This document shows positions 1-9,877 of a DNA stretch of 64,000 bases, piece after piece. Source of the DNA: an uncultured archaeon (lineage in GTDB: Archaea > Asgardarchaeota > Lokiarchaeia > Sigyniarchaeales > SOKP01). How positions within the stretch are numbered: the stretch's first letter is position 1; each line of letters starts with the position of its first letter. Location of the stretch: contig CAZWEM010000009.1 in NCBI GenBank assembly GCA_964632315.1, positions 32,001 to 96,000 on the forward strand. The letters run 5' to 3'. The position numbers were made by a program, and so were the translations under genes. The notes below the pieces were generated by a model. The model did no database searches and was not told where the DNA came from. It was given only the letters and a program-made list of their open reading frames with translations.

Positions 1-272
1 TTGTTTTTTTTGATGAAGCCACGGTTGGAGTTGACCCAATTCTACGTAAATTCTTTTGGAAGTACTTTAATGAATTGAAGCAAAGAGGAGTTACTCTAAT
101 TATTACTTCTCATGTCATGGATGAAGCAGAACGTGCAGATAGGATTGGTTTAATACGAGCAGGTAAATTGATTGATGAAGGAACTCCGAATAAATTAAAA
201 ATAAAGCATGATGTCGACACGATTGAAGAGGTTTTTATTAAACTAAGTGATGAGGTGATAAGAGATGAGTGA
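1..272 (+). CDS. ABC transporter ATP-binding protein, C-terminal part (5'-truncated by window edge)
   Basis: Frame reads FFDEATVGVDPILR...TLIITSHVMDEAERADRIG (Walker B, D-loop, H-loop); overlaps the downstream permease. Confidence 0.9.
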   Translation, partial: VFFDEATVGVDPILRKFFWKYFNELKQRGVTLIITSHVMDEAERADRIGLIRAGKLIDEGTPNKLKIKHDVDTIEEVFIKLSDEVIRDE

Positions 273-1461
273 CGAAAGCATAGAATTTATAGAATCTCAC
301 GAATATTATAGACCTTCAAAATTTTCCTATAAAAGAGTTTTCTTAGTGATGCGTCGCGTTTTACGTCAAATAACTAGGGATCGAAGAACATTTGGAATGA
401 TCATAATAATGCCTTTAATAATAATGGCTGTATTTGGCTTTGCACTTGGAGGAGATATAACAAACATACCTATTATAGTAGATAACCAAGATAGTGGTTA
501 TGTCGCAACTGTCGCTCCTGGTGTAAATGTGACCTTTGCTTTTGGTGATAACATAACATCAGCTTTGCAAAAAGATGATAAAGTCCATTATAACACGGGG
601 GATTTTGAGAGTAACAAGAAAAATGTTGATAACGGGCTATATTATGCTGCGATTTACATACCTTCCAATTTCTCTGAAAGCATTTACAATAAAACGCAAG
701 GTCAACCAATTAATGTGACTATTATAGTTTACATTGATGCTACCAAACCAACCATAAAAGCAACCATTTTAGTAGCATTACAAGATGCAATGCAATCAGC
801 TATTGGAGCCAAAGGGATTACTATTGACCAAATATTCGCATTTGGTGGCGTTGAATTCACCGGATTAGACACTAGTATTCCTTCAGTTATAGCTTTTGTC
901 ATTACCTTTCTAGTATTGCTAATTTCCCTATTAACAATAAAGCGAGAATCTATAGGAGGTACGGAAGAACGCTTGTATGCTTCACCTTTAAAAGCATCTG
1001 AAAGATTGGTAGGGTATACTCTCGCTTTAACGATTCTAGCTCTAATTATAGTGACCGCAATCTTAATAATAAGCATTTTTCTCTTTGGCGTAATCGTCCA
1101 AGGTAATTTCTTTTTATTAATAATAATGCTTATACTTTTTTCTCTACTGCACGTGTTATTAGCAGTATTTTTGTCAAATTTTGCTAAAAACGAATTGCAA
1201 GCCGTACAAATGGCTCCCCTAATCGCCCTTCCCTCCATGGCATTAAGTGGAATGTTAGTTCCTGTCAATAGTTTCCCTGTGTTTGTTCAGATCATTGCGA
1301 AATTCATTCCATTATACTATGGTAATCGAATATTCGAGGGAATCATGCTAAAAGGGTGGGATCTTTCACTATTGTGGCCGGATGTCTTAATAATTTCGAT
1401 AATGGCGTTAATTTCCTTCATTTTAGCAATGATAACGGTTAAAGATAAGATTCAAGCGTGA
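265..1461 (+). CDS. ABC-2 type transporter permease (YbhS/YhhJ-like)
   Basis: N-terminal TM, extracellular domain and multiple C-terminal TMs; 'RDRRTFGMIIIMP', 'RESIGGTEERLYASPL'. Confidence 0.9.
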   Translation: MSDESIEFIESHEYYRPSKFSYKRVFLVMRRVLRQITRDRRTFGMIIIMPLIIMAVFGFALGGDITNIPIIVDNQDSGYVATVAPGVNVTFAFGDNITSALQKDDKVHYNTGDFESNKKNVDNGLYYAAIYIPSNFSESIYNKTQGQPINVTIIVYIDATKPTIKATILVALQDAMQSAIGAKGITIDQIFAFGGVEFTGLDTSIPSVIAFVITFLVLLISLLTIKRESIGGTEERLYASPLKASERLVGYTLALTILALIIVTAILIISIFLFGVIVQGNFFLLIIMLILFSLLHVLLAVFLSNFAKNELQAVQMAPLIALPSMALSGMLVPVNSFPVFVQIIAKFIPLYYGNRIFEGIMLKGWDLSLLWPDVLIISIMALISFILAMITVKDKIQA

Positions 1462-1487
1462 ATAATGATTTTATCTATTAAAAATTT

Positions 1488-1652
1488 CTACGTATCTTTC
1501 GGAGCATCGTCATCAATATTAGCAAATTCATTAAATTCTTCTTGATCGTGAAAATAGCAACAACCATCAGAAATTATAAATTTATCCTCCTCATTGGCTT
1601 CTTGGGGTTCATCCCCTTTCATGAGTAATATCCTTTTCCAACGTTTCATCAT
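1488..1652 (-). CDS. Small acidic hypothetical protein (54 aa)
   Basis: Manual translation MMKRWKRILLMKGDEPQEANEEDKFIISDGCCYFHDQEEFNEFANIDDDAPKDT*; below the ORF-track cutoff. Confidence 0.4.
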   Translation of the reverse strand: MMKRWKRILLMKGDEPQEANEEDKFIISDGCCYFHDQEEFNEFANIDDDAPKDT

Positions 1653-1881
1653 TAATCAAACAAAATTGCAAAAATACACTTTTAAGGGTTCGGCTTTAGT
1701 TTGATAAATAAAGTCGTTATTAATCATTATGTTATATTATTAAATTTACAAATAAGCTCTTAACAGGCTTGAAGTGGACTTTACTATGAACCTATATATT
1801 TAAATCTAATCCTTGGAATATATCTGATAAGAATAGGTAATATTACATTAAGTTAGAACAATTTTTTAGCTAATTCCTCAT

Positions 1882-2322
1882 TCACATGAATCTCTTAATG
1901 CCTATAGTTTGATTTTTTAAATTAGCAAGTGTATCTTCCAAGATTTTGATGACTTTTTGAGTATACGATTCTTGTTTTGGAAAATCGTAAGTATAACCAT
2001 TCCATTCAGGACGTCTATGACCAATTTTGAACTTAAATCCATTCATTTTAGTCATGTAACTATCCTTATCTAATTTAGTCGCTATTTGGTCTGCAATAAT
2101 ATACCAATGAAATTTTGTGTTATTTTCTGCTCCAGAATTAAAAGGGGCTTTATGAAATCGAGTTTTAACACTATTGAATTTAAATTTCCATTGGTCTGGA
2201 CTCAATTTCTTTTCTATCCATGTACCATTATCGTAATGCCATTTATGAGTCCCACCTACTTTCATGCCCGAATATATTTGGTCACCATACCTTTTTAAAT
2301 TATTATACGTCCGTCTAATCAC
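1882..2322 (-). CDS. Conserved hypothetical protein
   Basis: 146-aa ORF with 'YSGMKVGGTHKWHYDNGTW' and 'FHWYIIADQ'; AAGG precedes the GTG start. Confidence 0.7.
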   Translation of the reverse strand: MIRRTYNNLKRYGDQIYSGMKVGGTHKWHYDNGTWIEKKLSPDQWKFKFNSVKTRFHKAPFNSGAENNTKFHWYIIADQIATKLDKDSYMTKMNGFKFKIGHRRPEWNGYTYDFPKQESYTQKVIKILEDTLANLKNQTIGIKRFM

Positions 2323-2486
2323 CTTTTACCTTTAATTTGAAATCTTGTTAAATAATGTCGTGACTTTAAAAAGCACAAAAAGACTGATAAATTTCTGAAT
2401 AATAGATCATAAGTTTTCTACGAAAATTCTTTAAAAATATTGAAAAATAACTAAAAAAAGAATAATAAAAAAAATAGTTAAAAATT

Positions 2487-3525
2487 CTATAGTCTCTTAA
2501 TAATTAACTCAGCCATTCTATTTGAGAAGCCCCACTCGTTATCATAGTAGGAAAGTATAAATACTTCATCTTCAATGACTTTAGTCCACATAGAACTAAA
2601 TACAGAACTATGGGAGTTTCCAATAATATCATGACTCACAATAGGATCTTCCACGTAGTCTAATATTCCTTTTAAGGCACCCATGGATGCTTCTTTCATT
2701 TTAGCATTTACTTCTTCAGGAGTGGTTTTCTTTTCAACTATTGCTTTCAAGTCAACTACACTCCCATCTATGGTGGGAACTCTTATAGCAATACCGTCTA
2801 ATTTACCACTGAGTTCAGGAAATACTAAACCAATTGCCTTAGCAGCTCCAGTGGATGTAGGAATCATATTTTGAGCAGCAGCTCTGCCCCTAATCATCTT
2901 TTCAGGTGCACCTGCTCTAGCAATATCCGCTGTAGATTGATCGTTGGTGTATGAATGAATAGTTGTCATCAAACCATATTTGATGTTGAAATTTTCGTTC
3001 AGAACTTTTACAACAGGGGCTAAGCAGTTCGTCGTACATGAAGCATTTGAAATGATTTTATGCTCATCAGTTATTTTATCATCATTACATCCTAAAACAA
3101 CTGTAAAGTCGGGATTTGATGCTGGAGCGCTGATTAATACTCGTTTAGCTCCCGCAGTTAAGTGTTTAGATGCTCCATCTCTATCAGTAAATCTGCCAGT
3201 GGATTCCACTGCAACATCGATATTATTTTGACCATGTGGAAGATTTGCTGGATCTCTTTCTGCTGTTATTGGGATCTCCTTACCATCGATAACTAAAGAG
3301 TGTTCTTTAGCCTCAACTTTTCCTTTAAATTTCCCAAATACGGTATCATACTTTAATGCATAAGCTAGATATTTTGGATCGAAAAGATCATTAATCGATA
3401 CAATATCTATGTCATTCCAGTAGTTAGCGTATACTGCGCGAAAGAAGAGTCTTCCGATTCTGCCGAAGCCATGATTACTCCGTTAGCGAAGAGCTTAACG
3501 GATTTATACTGACTCGTTTCGCCAT
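2487..3525 (-). CDS. gap: Class I (bacterial/eukaryotic-type) glyceraldehyde-3-phosphate dehydrogenase, 335 aa after removing a 31-nt intron; exons 3525-3504 and 3472-2487
   Basis: Spliced N-terminus MAKRVSINGFGRIGRLFFR; YALKYDTVFGKF; catalytic SNASCTTNCLAP; YDNEWGFSNR. Exon 2 is open and in frame with the track ORF 2487..3209. Confidence 0.95.
3473..3503 (-). other. Putative bulge-helix-bulge intron in gap mRNA (31 nt)
   Basis: 5'-GUCA GUAU AA|A UCCGUUAAGC UCUUC GCUAACGGA GUAA UC|A UGGC-3'. Exon helix GUCA/UGGC, central helix GUAU/GUAA (one G.A mismatch), 3-nt bulges AAA and UCA, intron stem UCCGUUA/UAACGGA. Canonical cuts give AUA AAU GGC (I-N-G). Confidence 0.8.
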
Positions 3526-3814
3526 TTTATTTTTTCACCTTTTAAATTATTTAATGTTATTTTTTGTTTTTATGAATTTTCAATTTAAAATTGCATGCTA
3601 GTATGTTTTCGATAGTTTTTTAATTTTCTAGTTATAAATTTTATATTTGATCTCTTCTACCTATACACTTTACTGTTAAAAGTATTGTATTTGGTGTTTT
3701 GATCCATCAAAATTTATCTCTTAATTTAAGAAAATTAGACGCAAGTTTTAATTACTTTTAATTTCAGTTTAAATTCAATTTTTAAATTAAAATTACATTA
3801 AAAAAGAAAAAATT

Positions 3815-5236
3815 ATGACTCAAGAAGATAAAAAAGAAGTAGAAGTTAAAATCCCCGGTAGACGTGGGACTCAGGCAACGATAAACTTAGCAAATATTAT
3901 CGATAACTCCGATCAACAATTATTTTCTTCAGTATTTCCTCAAGTTCAAAGTTCGCTTGGTATTAGTATAGAGCAGGGAGGCTTTTTAACGGGTGTAAGG
4001 ACCATTCTTCAAGCGGTTTCAAGCCCAATTTGGGGATGGTGGAGCGATAGACATTCTAGAAGGCTAACTCTCGCAATAGGTTGCTTCCTTTGGGCATTAT
4101 TTACCATTTTAATTGCGTTTACATTTAGTTATATCGATATTTTAATTTATAGAGCCCTAACGGGGATTGGTCTTGCAGTAATTGTTCCAACAGCACAATC
4201 ACTTATCGCAGATTACTTTCCTCCGAAAACCAGAGGTAGAGCCTTCGGATGGTTAGGTCTGACAGGAGTTTTAGGTGCAGTGATTGGAGCTTTATTTGCT
4301 ACAGCCGTAGTTTCATATACATTGGTCTTTGGGATCGAAGCATGGAGATTTGTATTTATTGTTTGGGGTATTGTCAGTATCATTATTGGATTTTTAGTAC
4401 TACTTTTCTTAAAAGATCCTATTAGAGGTGAAATGGAACCTGAATTAAGAGAAGTAATTACTGCTAGAAAGGCACAAAGGTATAAAATACAACTGTCTGA
4501 TTATAAAAAAATATTCAAGAATAGAACGTTTGTTTTGATATTTCTTCAAGGAACAGCGGGTTCTATCCCATGGAGTGGACTAACAGCTTTCATGATAACT
4601 TGGTTTGAGTACATAGGATTTCCCACTTTTATCGCAGGAATAATGTTTGTCATTATAGGAGTAGGAGCAGCCTTAGGTAACCTTTTTGGAGGATGGATTG
4701 GAGATAAAGCGGCGAAATGGAATCCAAAACATGGACGACTGATTATTGCTCAGATTTCAGTATTTATTGGTATTCCCATGACTGCTGTGATATTTCTTTT
4801 AGTTCCCATGAGTATGGATTCTTTATTATTGTATCTCATACTAGGCGGATTAACAGGATTTGGCATCTCTTGGACCGCAGGAGGTTGTAATAATCCGATA
4901 TTTAGCGAGATATTTCCCCCTGAAATGAGGAGCTCTGCTTTTGCGGTAGATAGGGTTTTTGAAGGATCGTTTGGGGCATTAGGATCCATTTTTGTAGGTT
5001 TTGCCGCCGCGAGTTTCGGGTTCTTAACACCTTCTACGGAACTACAAAATATTCCCCTCAATGATCCATTGAGGATAGCTAACATGCAAGCACTCGCTTT
5101 AGGGATTTTCTTAGTTGCACTAATCCCATGGATAATTTGCTTGATAATCTATTCTTTTGTCTATCTTACTTATCCAAAAGACTATGAAAAGATGCGAGTT
5201 TTGTTGGAAACAAGAGCTCAAAAGTTGGAGGAATAA
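3815..5236 (+). CDS. MFS transporter (spinster-like)
   Basis: About 12 TMs; motif A 'WGWWSDRHSRR'; 'IADYFPPKTRGRAFG'. Confidence 0.9.
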   Translation: MTQEDKKEVEVKIPGRRGTQATINLANIIDNSDQQLFSSVFPQVQSSLGISIEQGGFLTGVRTILQAVSSPIWGWWSDRHSRRLTLAIGCFLWALFTILIAFTFSYIDILIYRALTGIGLAVIVPTAQSLIADYFPPKTRGRAFGWLGLTGVLGAVIGALFATAVVSYTLVFGIEAWRFVFIVWGIVSIIIGFLVLLFLKDPIRGEMEPELREVITARKAQRYKIQLSDYKKIFKNRTFVLIFLQGTAGSIPWSGLTAFMITWFEYIGFPTFIAGIMFVIIGVGAALGNLFGGWIGDKAAKWNPKHGRLIIAQISVFIGIPMTAVIFLLVPMSMDSLLLYLILGGLTGFGISWTAGGCNNPIFSEIFPPEMRSSAFAVDRVFEGSFGALGSIFVGFAAASFGFLTPSTELQNIPLNDPLRIANMQALALGIFLVALIPWIICLIIYSFVYLTYPKDYEKMRVLLETRAQKLEE

Positions 5237-5402
5237 ATCAGTATCAACTTTTTTTTAATTCTATTTCATCCATTCTAATTTTTAAAATTTTAATCACTTA
5301 AAAATCTAAACTTTACCTAACAAATTTCATTTAATTCTAGATATTTTTATTAATGTTACTACCACTTTATAAAGCATGTAGTTACCATTTTAGGAGATTA
5401 TA

Positions 5403-6623
5403 ATGAACGAGTTAGATGAGAAAATTTTACAGAAAATCGATGAAATGAAAGATGATATCATTCAATTTCACCAAAAGATGATAAGGATTCCTTCTGAAAA
5501 TCCTCCCTCTAAATATAAGGAAATCGCGAAATTTGTAGAAAAAAAAATGGATGAGATCGGGTTAAAAACTTCGATTAAGAGAAATAATGTCATTGGAGAA
5601 TATGATAATGGAGATTCCAAAACATTAATTTTTAATGGGCATTTTGATACGGTTGAGGCATTTAAAGGTTGGACTAAAGATCCATTTGAAGCTGAAATTG
5701 AGGGAGACAAAATTTATGGACGAGGGGCATCTGATGATAAATCCTCAGTAACCGCAGAACTTTTTGCGACTCAAGCATTAATCGAAGCTGGTATAGATTT
5801 AAAGGGAAAATTAATAGTTACTGCAGTTGGTGATGAAGAAACTGGCGGATTGAGAGGAGCAGATTATATAATAAGCAGTGGATTAGTGTCAGGAGATGCT
5901 TGTTTATTAGGAGATGCCGCAAATGGATATCCCTTTGGTTATTGCGGTGGAACAATGTATATCACGATTAATATTAAAGGAAAGACAGCCCATGGGTTGG
6001 CATTTCCCGACCTTCCCCCACCATATCGAAATGAGAATTCTGGGATAAATACCATTGAGCGGATGGTGAAGGTGATGAACTTTTTATTAAAATTAAAAGA
6101 AGAACTGCTACAAACAACAACTAAGTATCCTACTTCAGATGGTTGGGGATCTAATGTGAGTAGCATTAACCTCGCAGAAATCCACGGAGGTACGAAAATT
6201 ACTACCGTACCTGATCGTTGTTATCTTCATCTTAGCGTAAACACCATTCCTGAACAAGATGTCACAAGTATAAAGAAAAGATTACTAGATTTTGTCGAAG
6301 GTATGAAAGAGAAAGACCCTGATTTGAATATAACCGTTCAAATACCCGTTGCCATGGAACCGCAAGTGATCGAAGAATCGTCTCATTTCGCAAAAATTGT
6401 TTTAGATGCAGCAGAAACGATACACGGTGAAAAAAGGGAATTTAAAACCCTAATGCCTTCAACCGATGCTCATTGGTTTCAAGAGAGGGGGATTCCTACA
6501 ATTTTAGTAGGAGCTTCTGCTAAAGACAATAATATTCACGCTGAAGATGAATTCGTATATATTAAGGATCTGATCGATTTAGTTAAGATGTTTGCTTTAA
6601 CCGCTTTAAATTACTTAAAATGA
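5403..6623 (+). CDS. M20 family metallopeptidase/deacylase (ArgE/DapE-like)
   Basis: NGHFDTV, YGRGASDDK, GDEETGG, NIHAEDE metal-binding motifs. Confidence 0.92.
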   Translation: MNELDEKILQKIDEMKDDIIQFHQKMIRIPSENPPSKYKEIAKFVEKKMDEIGLKTSIKRNNVIGEYDNGDSKTLIFNGHFDTVEAFKGWTKDPFEAEIEGDKIYGRGASDDKSSVTAELFATQALIEAGIDLKGKLIVTAVGDEETGGLRGADYIISSGLVSGDACLLGDAANGYPFGYCGGTMYITINIKGKTAHGLAFPDLPPPYRNENSGINTIERMVKVMNFLLKLKEELLQTTTKYPTSDGWGSNVSSINLAEIHGGTKITTVPDRCYLHLSVNTIPEQDVTSIKKRLLDFVEGMKEKDPDLNITVQIPVAMEPQVIEESSHFAKIVLDAAETIHGEKREFKTLMPSTDAHWFQERGIPTILVGASAKDNNIHAEDEFVYIKDLIDLVKMFALTALNYLK

Positions 6624-6636
6624 AGGACTGGTGAAG

Positions 6637-7863
6637 ATGGCACCAACTGAAAAAAAAATTTTACAGAAAATTGATGATATGAAAGAAGAAATAATCAAAT
6701 TTCACCAACAGATCATAAGAATTCCTTCAGAAAACCCTCCTGGAAAATACAAGGCTATATCTGAATTTGTCAAGACAAAGTTTGAGGAATTGGGTCTCGA
6801 GACATTCTCCAAAAGATATAATGTAATAGGAAAAACTAAAGGCCCAGATCACCCAAAACTAATCGTTTATGCACACATGGATACTGTCCCCTCTTATGAT
6901 GGATGGAATGAAGCCAAACCATTTAGTGCCGAAATAGTTGATGATAAGATTTATGGTCGTGGTGCGTGTGATGATAAAGCTTGTGTTACTGCTGAAATCT
7001 TTGCTCTCAAGGCTTTAAAAGAATTGAATCTTGATCTTTCGGGGAAACTCACGCTACTCGCAACAATTGATGAAGAAACTGGAGGTTATAATGGTGCTAA
7101 ATACGTCCTTGATAAAAATCTTGTTTCGGGTGAAGCGTGTCTATTAGGTGATGGACGTGGACATTACCCCGTCGCATATTGTGGAGGATTTCTTCTCGTG
7201 AACTTCTTAATAAAGGGTAAGAAAGCCCATGCTTTAAGTTTTCCAGACATCCCTATTTATAGAAATGAATATTCAGGAATCAATGCAATAGAAAAGATGA
7301 AAAATATAATGAATTTTTTAACCCAACTCCAAGCAGAATTTCTCAATGTGGAAACAATGTATCCAAATTTTCCGGGTCATCCTTCCAAAGTGAATACTGT
7401 AAACATCGCAAAGATAGAAGGTGGTGAAAAACTATCTGTTGTGCCAGACAAAAGTTTAATGTATTGTCTAATAAACACGATTCCTGAACAAGATGTTGAG
7501 AGCATAAAAAAGAGAATCTTAAAGTTCATTGAACAAGCTAAAATAGAGGATCCCAATTTAGATGTAAATGTTCAATTCACGATGTCATTTGAACCTTTTA
7601 CAACGGATACCAATTCTAAAATCGCTAAGTCTGTTCAAATAGCAATAGAAACTGTCTATGGTGAAAAAAGGGAATTTAAATTATTTCAATCTGCAAATGA
7701 TGGTCACTTTTTCCATGAAAAAGGTATTGACACCATTTTAATGGGTACAGGCTCGCATGAATGCAGAGTGCACGAACCTGATGAGTTTGTTTATATCAAA
7801 GATTTGTTGGATACGACAAAAATTTTCGCACTAACAATAAAAAATTATTTAATAAACGATTAA
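6637..7863 (+). CDS. M20 family metallopeptidase/deacylase, tandem paralog
   Basis: AHMDTV, YGRGACDDK, DEETGG, VHEPDE; collinear with the upstream paralog. ATG at 6637 (track uses GTG 6631). Confidence 0.92.
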   Translation: MAPTEKKILQKIDDMKEEIIKFHQQIIRIPSENPPGKYKAISEFVKTKFEELGLETFSKRYNVIGKTKGPDHPKLIVYAHMDTVPSYDGWNEAKPFSAEIVDDKIYGRGACDDKACVTAEIFALKALKELNLDLSGKLTLLATIDEETGGYNGAKYVLDKNLVSGEACLLGDGRGHYPVAYCGGFLLVNFLIKGKKAHALSFPDIPIYRNEYSGINAIEKMKNIMNFLTQLQAEFLNVETMYPNFPGHPSKVNTVNIAKIEGGEKLSVVPDKSLMYCLINTIPEQDVESIKKRILKFIEQAKIEDPNLDVNVQFTMSFEPFTTDTNSKIAKSVQIAIETVYGEKREFKLFQSANDGHFFHEKGIDTILMGTGSHECRVHEPDEFVYIKDLLDTTKIFALTIKNYLIND

Positions 7864-7960
7864 AGCATATTTTCTTTCCTTTTTTTAAAATTAACTCTAT
7901 TCTTATTTAATGCTAAAAATCTGATAAATTATTAAAATATGAAACAAAAAGAAAAAGTTG

Positions 7961-8725
7961 TTAATCTTCTAAACTTTCCTTCCCCATTAAGCGCATGACG
8001 GAGTCTGCCAACTTATTTTGGGAACGACTTAAGATTCCTTTGATTTTTCCCTCTTTACCCAAAACTCTAAGCATGATTCCATTCCACACTGAAGAGGGAT
8101 CTCCTTTAACTTGTTTGAATCGATCGCGGAAAACTTTCACGGAGATGTTATCATAGTTTTTCGATGCGTCCGTGCATTTAAAGCACAAAATGCATTTATT
8201 CGTATCAACCTTTATTTCCTTTCCTTCTCTTGAAAGCGCTCCAACCGAACATTCATCTGCAAATGCTTCAAGAACCTTATTATCTTTCTCAGTTGACGTG
8301 ATTGTAATTGAACCGTCCACAACTTTTCGTACTTTGTTACCATTGTCTAAAGTACGCACTTCTTCTTCGAATTCAGGAAGGGAACCATTTTCTACTAACA
8401 GTACTTTATTTTCCCCATTTATTAGTAACTCAAGAGTATAACCTGGACAAATCCAAGTACAACTGCCACACCAAATGCATTTATCCGTATCTACGACGAT
8501 TTTCTTATCTGATTCAATTCTCATTTCTTCGGGGGTTCCAATAGCTGTTTTCTTGAGGGGTTCATCATAAATTGATACTGTTACTGGACATACACGATGG
8601 CAGAATCCACATTGGATGCATTTACTTTCATCGTATTGCAAAATCATCTCGTGATTAAGCATTTTATATACATAATGGGTAATATTTTCATCAATTTCGA
8701 TAGTCTTTTTAGCTGGTAATGACAT
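7961..8725 (-). CDS. 4Fe-4S polyferredoxin-like protein (FwdF-like)
   Basis: CIQCGFCHRVCP, CIWCGSCTWICP, partial CILCFKC. Confidence 0.8.
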   Translation of the reverse strand: MSLPAKKTIEIDENITHYVYKMLNHEMILQYDESKCIQCGFCHRVCPVTVSIYDEPLKKTAIGTPEEMRIESDKKIVVDTDKCIWCGSCTWICPGYTLELLINGENKVLLVENGSLPEFEEEVRTLDNGNKVRKVVDGSITITSTEKDNKVLEAFADECSVGALSREGKEIKVDTNKCILCFKCTDASKNYDNISVKVFRDRFKQVKGDPSSVWNGIMLRVLGKEGKIKGILSRSQNKLADSVMRLMGKESLED

Positions 8726-8880
8726 GAGTCTTCCTTTTTAAAATGCTATTATAATATTATGTATTAATTTCTAAAAAATAAAAATCCTTTTAGTAATTTC
8801 CAAGATAGTAATTACTGGAATGGCTTTAAACTTGGGGGATTAAGGAAAATTCTCTTTAAAAATAAAAATTGGAAAAAAGA

Positions 8881-9753
8881 TTAGATCGATGATTTGGAAT
8901 CGATTTGATACATGATTTTATCATTCAACTTTAACTTTAATAATAATTTTTCTGCTCGTTTTCTATTATACGACCTAAGAGATTCAAGAATAATAATCCC
9001 AGGAAAAACAGAACCTGCTGCTATTAATGGACTTATCATTTCAATTATTATTGTCAAATCAAATCCGCTTCTTTCAACTGATGAGGAAACCCATGATATA
9101 ATCATCACGGCTAAGTTATACATAAATCCTACTCCTGCGAATCCTTTAATCACCTTATATAACGGTCTACTTGCTAAATCTGCGCTCATGAATTGAAAAC
9201 CATTGATTTTTTTTGCTTTAATTATTCCCACATCATTCATTACATATATAGGAATCACAATTAAAACAGATGGGATGGTTATTATCCATGCGATTTGCCA
9301 CAATGTTTCAATATCTGGAATATAATACGTTTCTGAAGGACTCACGCTTCTCATGAATTCAATAATAGATTTTTGACCTGCTAAGGTAAAGCACACATTT
9401 CCGACAAAGAAACCTAAAATTATAGATCTCGCCCAAATCTTGCGAAATAAGCTTGATTTACTTAATGGTTTAATTTCTACTAGTCCAATCTTGCTTTTCT
9501 TAGAGAGAAATTTTGTATATATTCTCATGAAAATTGGAGAGATGAAATATATTGCTATAATACCGAATATCGTTCCTGTTATTCCAGGCATTACGACAGC
9601 AAATATCCATTCCACTTGTACATTTCCAGGAGTAATGAAAAAACCTTCTGGGTATGTTATGGGATACGGCATTAAGGAAAACGCGATGATTGAGAGTGTT
9701 ATCAAAAAGATATATAAAATTATAAAAAATAAATAGGTCTTGTTTAGTTTCAT
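8881..9753 (-). CDS. Hypothetical multi-pass membrane protein
   Basis: 290-aa ORF with about 6 hydrophobic segments. Confidence 0.7.
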   Translation of the reverse strand: MKLNKTYLFFIILYIFLITLSIIAFSLMPYPITYPEGFFITPGNVQVEWIFAVVMPGITGTIFGIIAIYFISPIFMRIYTKFLSKKSKIGLVEIKPLSKSSLFRKIWARSIILGFFVGNVCFTLAGQKSIIEFMRSVSPSETYYIPDIETLWQIAWIITIPSVLIVIPIYVMNDVGIIKAKKINGFQFMSADLASRPLYKVIKGFAGVGFMYNLAVMIISWVSSSVERSGFDLTIIIEMISPLIAAGSVFPGIIILESLRSYNRKRAEKLLLKLKLNDKIMYQIDSKSSI

Positions 9754-9877
9754 ACATCATTGATATATTAAATTTATTTAAATTATGCCACTTAGATAAG
9801 AGATAAAGTAAATTCTTCCCTTTCCAACTTATTAAGGCAAATAAAATGAGATGATAAAAAATAGATTGGATAAAAAA

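Noticed and set aside
3470-3504. Programmed ribosomal bypassing (AAU take-off, AAU landing 28 nt later) as the explanation for the gap insert
   Set aside because: It would give INHGFGRIG with an extra His in an invariant motif. BHB cleavage gives the exact consensus and also explains mvhD. Disfavoured, not formally excluded.
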